A DNA stretch of 37,610 nucleotides from Candidatus Heimdallarchaeota archaeon (GCA_016839945.1 JAEOTE010000100.1:1-37610), one strand, 5' to 3'; numbered from the stretch's first letter, positions 19,016 through 27,942 are shown. The notes: generated by a model not told the origin, from the sequence alone. Translations and numbers: made by a program.

Positions 19016-20473
19016 TTATCTTTTTTTATCTTGAGCTAGCTCGTAAACCTTTTGCCATTGTTTAGCAGCATTTTTCCAAGTAAAATCCAGGTTCATAATT
19101 TTCTTCTTGAGTTTTAGCCACTTCTCAGGTTCTTCTTTGTATACTTTAACAGCTCTTTTAACTGCAGCAAAAAACTCCTTTACATTAGGATTCTCAAAAA
19201 CAAATCCAGTCCCTTCTTCAGTTTTAGGGTCATAATTTTGTACAGTATCAGATAGTCCTCCTGTATTTCTAACAAGAGGTACTGTTCCATAAATCATTGA
19301 ATAGAGTTGATTTAATCCACAAGGTTCGTATTTAGATGGCATCAAGAATATATCTGCAGCTGCTTCAATTTGATGAGCAAGAGTGTTATCAAACATAATA
19401 TTTATTGAACTATTCTCATGATATTTTTCTTCTTTTTTCTTGAATTTTTTCTCAAGTTCAGGTTCTCCTGTTCCTAATAGAATGAACTGAACTTTCAGTT
19501 TCATAATATCATCGAACTTTTCAAGAATAAGGTCTAATCCTTTTTGAGTTGCTAATCTTGATATCACACCCAATATAGGCAAATCAGAGACGTTCAAATT
19601 GAGTTTATCTTGAAGATAACTTTTAGATTCAGTTTTACCTTTCAGATTCTTTGAATCATAATTCTTAACTAACAAAGGATCACTCTTTGGATTCCAGACA
19701 TTAAGATCAACTCCATGTACAATTCCATAAAGGTCTTCCTTTCTCTGTTCAATAAAGCTCTCTAAACCATATCCGAATTCTTTAGTTTGAATTTCTTCTG
19801 CATATTTTGAACTTACAGTTGTAAGAATATCTGAATAAACAATTGCTCCTTTCATGAAATTTATTTTACCATAAAAACCAAGGAGATCCTCATCAAAATA
19901 GACATCTGCAAGTTCAGCATCTGCAATATCCTCAAAAGGGTAGATTCCTTGATAGCCGATATTGTGAATTGTAAAAACAGACTTTGATTTCTTGAACAGA
20001 TCAACATCGTTATATTCTGTTTTCAAGAAGAAAGGTAGCAATCCTGTATGCCAATCATTACAATGAATAATATCCGGAGAAAATTTTAACCACCTTAGCA
20101 TTGCAAAAACTGATTTTGTGAATGTTAGAAATCTGTATGCACTGTCTGAATAATCCTCTCCATCTTCATCCACGTAAATTCCTTCTCTGTATAGATAGGG
20201 ATTCTTGATGAAATAAACTGGAACTTTCGAGTGCGGAATAAAAGAAACATAAAGATCGAAAAGCTCTACTTTTTCTCCTATTTTTGCAATAATGTTCTCT
20301 TTAACTAATTGAAGTCTAAACTTCTTAGTATCAATGGATTTGTAAAGAGGTGTGATAATAACTATTTTATGACCTAACCCTTGCATAGCCTTAGGAAATG
20401 CTGCTGAAACATCTCCTAATCCCCCTGTTTTGGAAAAAGGTGCAATTTCAGCTGTTACGAATGCTATCCTCAT
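19016..20473 (-). CDS. glgA: Glycogen synthase (GT5)
   Basis: EIAPFSKTGGLGDV, HCNDWHT, FTIHNIGYQG, SRLATQKG, MPSKYEPCGLNQ, TGGLSDTV. ATG at 20473 (MRIAFV) preferred; overlaps the end of the upstream GH57 gene. Confidence 0.95.
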   Translation of the reverse strand: MRIAFVTAEIAPFSKTGGLGDVSAAFPKAMQGLGHKIVIITPLYKSIDTKKFRLQLVKENIIAKIGEKVELFDLYVSFIPHSKVPVYFIKNPYLYREGIYVDEDGEDYSDSAYRFLTFTKSVFAMLRWLKFSPDIIHCNDWHTGLLPFFLKTEYNDVDLFKKSKSVFTIHNIGYQGIYPFEDIADAELADVYFDEDLLGFYGKINFMKGAIVYSDILTTVSSKYAEEIQTKEFGYGLESFIEQRKEDLYGIVHGVDLNVWNPKSDPLLVKNYDSKNLKGKTESKSYLQDKLNLNVSDLPILGVISRLATQKGLDLILEKFDDIMKLKVQFILLGTGEPELEKKFKKKEEKYHENSSINIMFDNTLAHQIEAAADIFLMPSKYEPCGLNQLYSMIYGTVPLVRNTGGLSDTVQNYDPKTEEGTGFVFENPNVKEFFAAVKRAVKVYKEEPEKWLKLKKKIMNLDFTWKNAAKQWQKVYELAQDKKR

Positions 20474-21617
20474 TTTTTTCTCCTTTTTGTTCAACTATTT
20501 CTATTATTCTTTGAATAATGTCATTTGATAGGTTAAAAATTATTTGTTTGGACCTTTTAGGCAAGCCATCAATCATTTTAACGAGTGATTTTCTTTGTAA
20601 TTGTAAACCTGTTAATATTAATTCAGGACTCCACCAATCCCTTGAAGCCCACCAAAATTGACAAGAATACAAAGAAGATTGATAATCATCAAACCATTCC
20701 CCTCTATCTATAAATTCCCTCACTCTTTCAAGAAAATCAATATGACTTTGTTGAAGCTGATGTATTGCATTAAATGGATGGTTCCATAAAGGTAATGGTA
20801 TATTGTCTTCCATATCTTGATCAGATGTTGACCAAGAAGAAGTTAAGAAATTCTTTATTTTCTTATTTAATGGAAATTCTCCAATGCTTTTAGAAAGAGT
20901 ATTCATTTGAGTAGATTTTGCTAAATCAAAGAAAAAATTATAGTACCTCTTATGATGCTCTCCAAATGTTTCTAAATCCATAGCTAGTAGGATAGGACAT
21001 TTTTGATTGTCATACTGATCACGTAAATCCTTAATTGCAGCATCTACATTTCCATTATACTGATTAAAAGCGATATTATTACTCAATTCCTTATCTCTCT
21101 TAATTAAGAAGACGGATTTACCATCCTCTAGCTCATAATACCCTCCGATTTTGAGATTGTTTATATTCTCTGGTGCAACGATTATCTTATAACCTTCTTT
21201 TACTATCTGGGGAATTACTTCCCCTGATATAGCTAATTCTGGAGGGAAGAACACTGAGCTGTTAACACCTAAAATATTGTAGGTTAACTTCTTTTGTTTG
21301 TTTATCTGATATCTTTGATCTTTTTTTAGAATCAGTGGTAAAATAGGGTGGTAGAACGCTGATCCCATAAGTTCTATTTGTTTAGATAGAATACCTTCCT
21401 CAATTAGATGTAAAACATCTGGATAACTTGTAGCAAATTTCTCTAATAAACAACCAGAAATATTTAATGTTATTTTGATTTCTGGATTTTCTAATAGTTT
21501 TCTTAAGAAAGGAATATAGCATTTTGAAATTATTCGATTGTATATCTCTTCCTTTTGAGTAATAGGTTGATAAGCATGTAAAACGAAAACCAAAGGGATT
21601 TTTTCCTTATTTTCCAT
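20448..21617 (-). CDS. GH57 glycoside hydrolase (amylase/amylopullulanase-like)
   Basis: HAYQP, ELMGSAFYHPILPL, nucleophile FPPE, acid/base DLETFGEH, SCQFWW; AGGTGA SD upstream. Confidence 0.85.
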   Translation of the reverse strand: MENKEKIPLVFVLHAYQPITQKEEIYNRIISKCYIPFLRKLLENPEIKITLNISGCLLEKFATSYPDVLHLIEEGILSKQIELMGSAFYHPILPLILKKDQRYQINKQKKLTYNILGVNSSVFFPPELAISGEVIPQIVKEGYKIIVAPENINNLKIGGYYELEDGKSVFLIKRDKELSNNIAFNQYNGNVDAAIKDLRDQYDNQKCPILLAMDLETFGEHHKRYYNFFFDLAKSTQMNTLSKSIGEFPLNKKIKNFLTSSWSTSDQDMEDNIPLPLWNHPFNAIHQLQQSHIDFLERVREFIDRGEWFDDYQSSLYSCQFWWASRDWWSPELILTGLQLQRKSLVKMIDGLPKRSKQIIFNLSNDIIQRIIEIVEQKGEKNEDSIRNS

Positions 21618-21642
21618 ATGCTTTCACCTTAGAGATTAAAGC

Positions 21643-22836
21643 TTATTTTTTGTTCAAACAATCTCTCATAATTTTAGCAACATCTTCAGGAAACATAGTT
21701 GCTATTCTATATGTTTCCATTATTTCAGCTCCACCAATTCTTTGAATAGGGATGATATCAATTAATAAATGCATATCAGAATTATAACCTATATTTTCTT
21801 GTCGAAACAGGATGTTTCTGTCTTGTAATAGATTCATGCTTTGAGGAGCTAGTGCTATGAACTCGTCTAAAGCTATATTTGCAATTAGAATAGCTTCAGC
21901 AAGTTTTGCAATCTGTTCTTCATCTAAGTACAAGAACTGGGAAGTGTGTCTTTTTGGTATCAATCTAAGTTGACCATCTCTTTCTGGAGCAAAAGCGGTT
22001 AGAAGTATCCATTCTTCATTTTCAAACACTATTCTTTCTTCAAAGTTTAGTTCTTGATTTAAAGGATCTTTGATTTTCTTATCTTCAACCAGTTTACATG
22101 CTAAGCAATAATTATGATTGTTCATCTTTTTCTTATGAAAACCTGGAACACTAAGGAAACCAAGTGAAGTCCAGCCATGACCTATATCATTAGCATAGAT
22201 ATAAGTTTGAGAATGGAGATGACAAATACTAGCACCAGCTTCTTCTCCAATATTGAAGAAATGTAAAATCGTCAATTTGGATGTATTGTATTTTTCTTTA
22301 AGGACACCAACACTGTCATTATGAGCAACTTGAGTTGTTTTCAATAGTTCAATAATTTCCTCTTTAGATGCATCAGATAAGGTATCATAATGTTTTGTGA
22401 GTAGATGAACCATTCCAATACCAATACTCTTGTCTTGTATGGAATCTAACTCTTGGGTGTGTTGATACAGAACCCTAGCCATTGGAGTAAAAAGATTGAC
22501 AATTGAAATAGCAGCATGACTTTCTAGATTCTCTTTTTTTGGTTCAACACTTAAAGGATGATTACTGATATTGCCATCTTGTGATAAAACAACAGCTGGA
22601 AGCTCTCCTGCAACTACTTTACAAAATGAATCTCTTTCAATATGAAGCTCTTCTAGAATGATTTGATTATTCTCTTTATGTTCAAAAGGTCTCTTTCCTC
22701 TTAAAGGAGAAAATTGTGTTATATGCCCAACCTTTGTACCAAATTCATTTATTATTGTACGAAAGGGATCAAATCTCTCTAAAGGCATATTCTCTGTATC
22801 TCTGTAAATTCCCCAATAGCCTTCCGGTATATCCAA
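21643..22836 (-). CDS. GalT-like HIT-superfamily hexose-1-phosphate nucleotidyltransferase, divergent
   Basis: RGKRP, FFNIGEEAGASICHLHSQ (HxHxQ), CLAC, ERIVFENE, LIPKRH; TTG start with GGTGA SD. Confidence 0.78.
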   Translation of the reverse strand: MDIPEGYWGIYRDTENMPLERFDPFRTIINEFGTKVGHITQFSPLRGKRPFEHKENNQIILEELHIERDSFCKVVAGELPAVVLSQDGNISNHPLSVEPKKENLESHAAISIVNLFTPMARVLYQHTQELDSIQDKSIGIGMVHLLTKHYDTLSDASKEEIIELLKTTQVAHNDSVGVLKEKYNTSKLTILHFFNIGEEAGASICHLHSQTYIYANDIGHGWTSLGFLSVPGFHKKKMNNHNYCLACKLVEDKKIKDPLNQELNFEERIVFENEEWILLTAFAPERDGQLRLIPKRHTSQFLYLDEEQIAKLAEAILIANIALDEFIALAPQSMNLLQDRNILFRQENIGYNSDMHLLIDIIPIQRIGGAEIMETYRIATMFPEDVAKIMRDCLNKK

Positions 22837-23041
22837 ACTAAATCACCATTAACAGCACAATGCAAATTATATCTCTTTTAAGATTATAGATAGTTATCTT
22901 TTTAAGAATTTATGAAGGAAGGAGAAAAATAGAATCTCAAGCAATTTGAGGTTATAATTTTTCAAAACAATATATAGCAGTCTCTTAATGAAAATGAATA
23001 TTTTTAAATAGCTTTCTTCTTATTCTGAATTAGACTGAATT

Positions 23042-23683
23042 GTGAGTAAAATGATGGGGCAATCACAATCATTGAAACCAATCTTGTTTAGAGATATGAT
23101 GATAAAGAGTGAAAAACTAATTTCTGATGAAAAAGAGAATATCAATGCAATCAATGTTTTTCCAATACCAGATGGAGATACTGGTTCAAACATGTTCTAT
23201 ACGATTCAAGCCATTGTAAATGAAGTGAGAGGAGTAGAGGAGGGGAATGGTGATGATGTTTTTCAAGCAATTAGCAAAGGGAGTTTTGTAGGTGCAAAAG
23301 GTAATTCTGGTGTAATTTATTCTCAATTCTTGATAGGTGTGGTAGAACACTTAGATGCACAAGAACAGATAACTCCTAAGGCTTTTGCTGAAGCTTTACA
23401 GGAAGGAACTGATTTTGCATATGATAGTGTTCTTAATCCAACAGAAGGAACGATTTTGACAGTGATGAAAGAAGCTACAGAAAAAGCTAAAGAGATTATT
23501 GAAGAAAATCCTAAAATTGAATGGTTAGAATTTATGAATCTCATTGTTGAAAAAAGTCAAGATTGTTTGAAAAGGACTAAAGAGATGCTAGATGTTCTCA
23601 AAGAAGCTAATGTTGTAGACGCAGGAGCTAAAGGTTTTGTTCATATCCTAGAATCTTGGAGAGATACAATAGAAAACCAATAA
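23042..23683 (+). CDS. Stand-alone DAK2 domain protein similar to the N-terminal ATP-binding domain of fatty acid kinase FakA
   Basis: INAINVFPIPDGDTGSNM, GAKGNSGVI, PTEGTILTV, VVDAGAKG. Start may be ATG at 23051 or 23054. Confidence 0.88.
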   Translation: MSKMMGQSQSLKPILFRDMMIKSEKLISDEKENINAINVFPIPDGDTGSNMFYTIQAIVNEVRGVEEGNGDDVFQAISKGSFVGAKGNSGVIYSQFLIGVVEHLDAQEQITPKAFAEALQEGTDFAYDSVLNPTEGTILTVMKEATEKAKEIIEENPKIEWLEFMNLIVEKSQDCLKRTKEMLDVLKEANVVDAGAKGFVHILESWRDTIENQ

Positions 23684-23707
23684 ACTACTGATCCTGAGGG
23701 GAAATAA

Positions 23708-24262
23708 CTGTTTTTTGTAATAACAGGACCAATAAGTATTGGAAAAACAACCCTGATGAAAAATATAATTAGAAAATTCAAGCACTCATATAGTGTTGCT
23801 GGAGTTATAACTGAAGGACAAGAAAATAGGTTTTTTGTTAACGTTAAAACAAATGAAAAAGTTTCTTTTTATTTTGAAGGAGAAGAAATAGCAGAAGAAA
23901 TAGGAAAATATTCAATCTCCAAAAGAGCAATGAGTTTCGCTAATAATGTGATTAAATCATCTTATAGTTCTCAAATAATTTTCATAGATGAAGTAGGTAG
24001 ATTGGAGGGAGAAAGAAAGTGTATGTATGAGCAGATTTCAGGATTGGTTGATGAAACAAACAGAATGAAAGATAAAGCAGTTATTATGATCGTAAGAGAG
24101 GACTTACTTCATGAAATCTTAGTATTGCTTGACATTAAACCCATGAAAATATGGTCTTTACACAAAAAACCCAAAGAGAAAAATGTTAGAGAAATATATG
24201 ATTTTATTTTGCATGCGATAACAAAAGGAGGGAGGGAGGATTGTGAGTTTGAAAATATTTAA
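23708..24262 (+). CDS. P-loop nucleoside triphosphatase (THEP1/NTPase_1-like)
   Basis: Walker A FVITGPISIGKTT is encoded in frame upstream of the ATG at 23756; Walker B IFIDEVGRLE; SVAGVITE. The only plausible start that keeps the P-loop is CTG at 23708. Confidence 0.8.
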   Translation: MFFVITGPISIGKTTLMKNIIRKFKHSYSVAGVITEGQENRFFVNVKTNEKVSFYFEGEEIAEEIGKYSISKRAMSFANNVIKSSYSSQIIFIDEVGRLEGERKCMYEQISGLVDETNRMKDKAVIMIVREDLLHEILVLLDIKPMKIWSLHKKPKEKNVREIYDFILHAITKGGREDCEFENI

Positions 24263-24272
24263 ACTCACAATC
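24239..24272. repeat. Perfect 12-bp inverted repeat with a 10-nt spacer
   Basis: GATTGTGAGTTT (24239-24250) and AAACTCACAATC (24261-24272) are exact reverse complements. Confidence 0.9.
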
Positions 24273-24356
24273 AATATGATTGTAGTATGAAATTATATAA
24301 AAGCTTCTATTTTGTTCTTGGGTAAAATTGATAAATAAGTGATTAAATCTCCTTGC

Positions 24357-25649
24357 ATGAAAAAGAAATCAACATATTTTCTTATATTTCTGATTTTAGG
24401 GACTTCTTTCATAAGTTTTAGTAATTTCAATAAAACTGTAATGCCTGCTAAAACAGATGAAGAAGATACATTTCTAAAACCAGAGCTAATTGATAATGGA
24501 TTACTTGCTCCAGAATTCAACATTACTGATGCTGATTCTCTTATTACATACAATTTAACAGATTTCCAAGGAAAAATGGTTGCTATAGATTTTTTTGCTA
24601 CTTGGTGTGTATATTGTATGGATTCTTTACCCTATATACGTCAATTATACTTGATGTATCCTGAAGATATGCTACAAATAATTTCTCTAGATACTGATAC
24701 ATCAGAGTCTAATGCTCAAATTTCCTCTTTTCGAAAAAAATGGGGTATGGATTGGATAGTGGGTAGTGATACATATGGAGTTAATGATGAATATGATATT
24801 TCAGGAATACCTTCTTTCTTCTTAATAAATCAAACTGGACATATAGTATGGAGTGAAGAGGGTTTTGCAGATTCTATGTGGCCTGGTTTTAGAGCAACTT
24901 TTGCTAGTTATTTGCCTGATGATACAGTAGATCCTATAATAACAGACTTTAGTGTAGAAAATAAAACAGAATTTTCAATATTTAATACAGAAATAAATAT
25001 TTTTGCTAATATAACTGAAGATAGGAATGTAAAAACAACTCAATTAAAAATAGAAACAAGTGGTCAAACAGAATTTATAGATCTGCCTTTTAATACAGAA
25101 GGAGATTTCAATATTATAAATGAATCAATAAGTATTGACCCTCTAATAGTATATGGAGAATCGCATATTGATTTAACCGTACAAGCTATTGATTACTTCG
25201 ATAATGTTGGAGTTTCAAGCGTAGAAGCTCTATCAGTAGCTAATTATGTAGATACAGCAGTACCTGAAATAGGAGAAGTAGCAATCATACTTGATGATGA
25301 TGGTTCAAGCAAGTATAATCTAACTGTTGAGGTTGAGGTAACAGAGGATTTACTATTGGTTGAAGCTGCTCTTTTAATACTAAAAGGAACTACACAACTG
25401 AAGTATATATACTTAGAACAGTTTAATTCAACTCATATGATTGCTAGTTGTGAATTGCCAAGATCAATAGCACCTCCAGAAGATATCACTGCAAAGGTCT
25501 TTCTTAGAGATGCTGCAAATAATACAGCTGAAGAAGCATATGACGTTCTTGATATTCCTGAAAATACTGAAAAAACGAGCTTAAATATCCTATATGCACT
25601 TTCTGCATTATTTATCATAATTATGTATTCCAAAAGGAGAAAGAAGTAG
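24357..25649 (+). CDS. Surface-anchored TlpA-like thioredoxin with acidic beta-rich stalk domains
   Basis: Signal peptide; APEFNI, DFFATWCVYC, cis-Pro GIPSFFLIN; two similar beta-rich modules (DTVDPII...AIDYFDNVG; DTAVPEI...LRDAANNTA); TM + KRRKK. Confidence 0.85.
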   Translation: MKKKSTYFLIFLILGTSFISFSNFNKTVMPAKTDEEDTFLKPELIDNGLLAPEFNITDADSLITYNLTDFQGKMVAIDFFATWCVYCMDSLPYIRQLYLMYPEDMLQIISLDTDTSESNAQISSFRKKWGMDWIVGSDTYGVNDEYDISGIPSFFLINQTGHIVWSEEGFADSMWPGFRATFASYLPDDTVDPIITDFSVENKTEFSIFNTEINIFANITEDRNVKTTQLKIETSGQTEFIDLPFNTEGDFNIINESISIDPLIVYGESHIDLTVQAIDYFDNVGVSSVEALSVANYVDTAVPEIGEVAIILDDDGSSKYNLTVEVEVTEDLLLVEAALLILKGTTQLKYIYLEQFNSTHMIASCELPRSIAPPEDITAKVFLRDAANNTAEEAYDVLDIPENTEKTSLNILYALSALFIIIMYSKRRKK

Positions 25650-25658
25650 CTCAGATCC

Positions 25659-25679
25659 TTTTTTTACCTTCTTTTTTTT
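25659..25679 (+). terminator. Oligo-T terminator candidate
   Basis: T7 and T8 tracts starting 10 nt after the stop at 25649, followed by TATA-like TTTTAAAT (25694-25701) 28 nt upstream of the next start. Confidence 0.5.
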
Positions 25680-25721
25680 ACTTAAGTAAAGCCTTTTAAA
25701 TCAAAGTTTTTTTCTTGATGC

Positions 25722-27011
25722 GTGAAGAAAGGACAAATAGCTTTTATCCTAATTTCTATTGTAATAATCGGTGGAGGAATAGGAGTCTATTTCTTAATTC
25801 AATCTTCATCGAAAAAATCTTCTACTGCTCCAAATTATGAATTAGAGAGTATTTCAGGATATAATTTCACCATTTCTTCTCTTGAAAACACGACTGTCAT
25901 ACTTGATTTTATGAGTGTAACTTGCATCCCTTGTAAACAGATGTACCCAATATTAAATGACCTTCAAAATGATGATGATCTTATGGGAAAAATTGAGATA
26001 ATATCCATTGAAACAGACTATACTACAACTATTCCTCAGCTAGAATCATATGCTTTAGATCAGAACATTACTTGGATACTCTGTAAGGCTCCCACAAACA
26101 TGACAGAAGATTATGGTGTTGTAACTCTTCCAACCTTTGTGATAATTAATCCTGAAGGTCTTGTAACATATATTGAAGAAGGAATAATTTCCTTTGACAA
26201 ATTAAAAGATGAGAGTCAAAAAGCAATAGAAGGAATAAGTGAAGGAATACAAATTACAAGTTATCAAGGATTCATAATTGGATTTGCAATTGTAGTTGCA
26301 ATGTCTTCTTTCTTCTCACCCTGTTCTTTCCCTCTTCTTCCAGGATATGTAGCTCACATAATAGGTGTAGATGTAGATGCAAAACAAAAAGAAGAGGAAG
26401 AAGAAGAAAAAGAAACTGATAAAACTTTGAAACAAGCTTTCCTTTATCCACTGCTTGGATTAAGCGGAGGTATCGGAATTTTGATCAGTTATTTAATTTT
26501 AGGTGTTATAGTTAGTTCTGTAGGAAAAGCAATTTTACCTTACTTAGTTTATGCTCTTCCCATAATTGGAGGATTATTCATCATACTTGGAATAGTAATG
26601 TTCACTAATTTCAATATTTCATTTTCAAAACTACTAGGATGGTTAAGAAAAGAACAAATGAAAATCAGTAAAACAGAAAAGAAAGCAACAATCTTTAGAA
26701 AAATATTCAGCACTTTCCTTTATGGTTTAGGCTATGGAATAGCATCTCTCGGATGTAATGGACCAATTTTCCTAGCATTTAGTCTGCAAGTGTCTGGACA
26801 AGAAACAATTGCAAAAATGATTTTTGCTTATCTAGCGTTTTCATTAACAATAATTCTCTTAATGGTAGGAGTAACAATAATACTCATCTTTTCAAGGGAT
26901 GTTATAGTCCAGAAATTAAAAGCTTCTACTGAAGTTATTAAGAAGATAAGTGGAGTAATCATGTTATTAGTAGGAATATATTTAATTCTAGAATTTGCAT
27001 TAGGGGCGTAA
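25722..27011 (+). CDS. TlpA-like thioredoxin fused to CcdA/DsbD transmembrane electron transporter
   Basis: N-terminal anchor; DFMSVTCIPC and TLPTFVIIN; six-TM domain with both conserved cysteines (SFFSPCSFPLLPGY; SLGCNGP) and KKISGVIMLLVGIYL. Confidence 0.9.
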   Translation: MKKGQIAFILISIVIIGGGIGVYFLIQSSSKKSSTAPNYELESISGYNFTISSLENTTVILDFMSVTCIPCKQMYPILNDLQNDDDLMGKIEIISIETDYTTTIPQLESYALDQNITWILCKAPTNMTEDYGVVTLPTFVIINPEGLVTYIEEGIISFDKLKDESQKAIEGISEGIQITSYQGFIIGFAIVVAMSSFFSPCSFPLLPGYVAHIIGVDVDAKQKEEEEEEKETDKTLKQAFLYPLLGLSGGIGILISYLILGVIVSSVGKAILPYLVYALPIIGGLFIILGIVMFTNFNISFSKLLGWLRKEQMKISKTEKKATIFRKIFSTFLYGLGYGIASLGCNGPIFLAFSLQVSGQETIAKMIFAYLAFSLTIILLMVGVTIILIFSRDVIVQKLKASTEVIKKISGVIMLLVGIYLILEFALGA

Positions 27012-27012
27012 A

Positions 27013-27561
27013 ATGATTAGAAAAAATAGAAACGAAATAATTTTCACAACTTTAATGTTATTTTTAGTTTTAACTTTGAATTCAAGAACAATACAAGCAG
27101 AAATAGATTATGGGATTAGCTCTGTCTCTATAGATCCCCAACCTTTGGTTGCTGGAGAAAACATGACAATTGTTGCGAATTTTTATGATACAACTAATGT
27201 AAGTTTAGTTAAATTACTAGTGTGTCAACTAGCTCCCGAATTTAAATGTGAACTAACACCCATTATTATGGAAGAAGAATCATCTTTGAGTTATGAAGGG
27301 AAGTTCTTAGTGTATTATGAGAATGGAGTTTCGGTAGGATTCCATCTTCAGATAGTATATGAAAATGGTTCATCAATATTAATTCCAGATAGAGAAAATT
27401 TCTTAGGTTTTAATACATCAGAACCTGAGACAGATGAGTTCTTTTTCTATGCTGGAATAGTAGGAGATTCAACTGAAAAAACTAAGGGAATTGTAGTAAT
27501 TACATCTGTCTTATCACTGATGGTAATAACGATATGGATTAAAAGAAGAAAGAACCAATAA
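27013..27561 (+). CDS. Secreted, C-terminally anchored beta-rich hypothetical protein with a C-x7-C pair
   Basis: Signal peptide; SIDPQPLVAGENMTIVA (Ig-like start); CQLAPEFKC; TM + KRRK; starts 1 nt after the ccdA stop. Confidence 0.75.
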   Translation: MIRKNRNEIIFTTLMLFLVLTLNSRTIQAEIDYGISSVSIDPQPLVAGENMTIVANFYDTTNVSLVKLLVCQLAPEFKCELTPIIMEEESSLSYEGKFLVYYENGVSVGFHLQIVYENGSSILIPDRENFLGFNTSEPETDEFFFYAGIVGDSTEKTKGIVVITSVLSLMVITIWIKRRKNQ

Positions 27562-27565
27562 TAGT

Positions 27566-27892
27566 TTGATGAATAATGAAATGGTGAATGAAGCTGGGAG
27601 AGGAGAAATCTGTTATTTTTGTAAAACTGATTTGAAGAATGTAGAGAGAAAACAGAAAACAGAACTCAGATGTTGCAAACTAGTTGCTCATAAGAAAGAA
27701 TTATTCCAATGGTTTTTAAAACATCAATATTGTCCTAATTGTCTTGCGGATGATAAGAAAGTAAGACAACAAATACTAGATTGGGGATTGAAGAAAGATA
27801 CTAAAAAGAAGAAATCAATTAAATCTATTGAACACAAGAAATGGAAAAATCAAAGATATGAGAAAAGACTGAGAGATACTAAGAAAGACTGA
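27566..27892 (+). CDS. Small soluble RING-variant protein with very basic tail
   Basis: CYFC-x16-CC-x4-H-x2-E-x3-W-x6-CPNC; Lys/Arg-rich C-terminus. Confidence 0.72.
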   Translation: MMNNEMVNEAGRGEICYFCKTDLKNVERKQKTELRCCKLVAHKKELFQWFLKHQYCPNCLADDKKVRQQILDWGLKKDTKKKKSIKSIEHKKWKNQRYEKRLRDTKKD

Positions 27893-27942
27893 ATTTTTGT
27901 AATTAGAAAATATTAAAATATGCTCCAAAGGTTTTCTGACTT

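Noticed and set aside
26390-26413. GAA-rich tract encoding poly-Glu in the CcdA loop as a contingency repeat
   Set aside because: Short, in frame and interrupted; consistent with an ordinary low-complexity loop.
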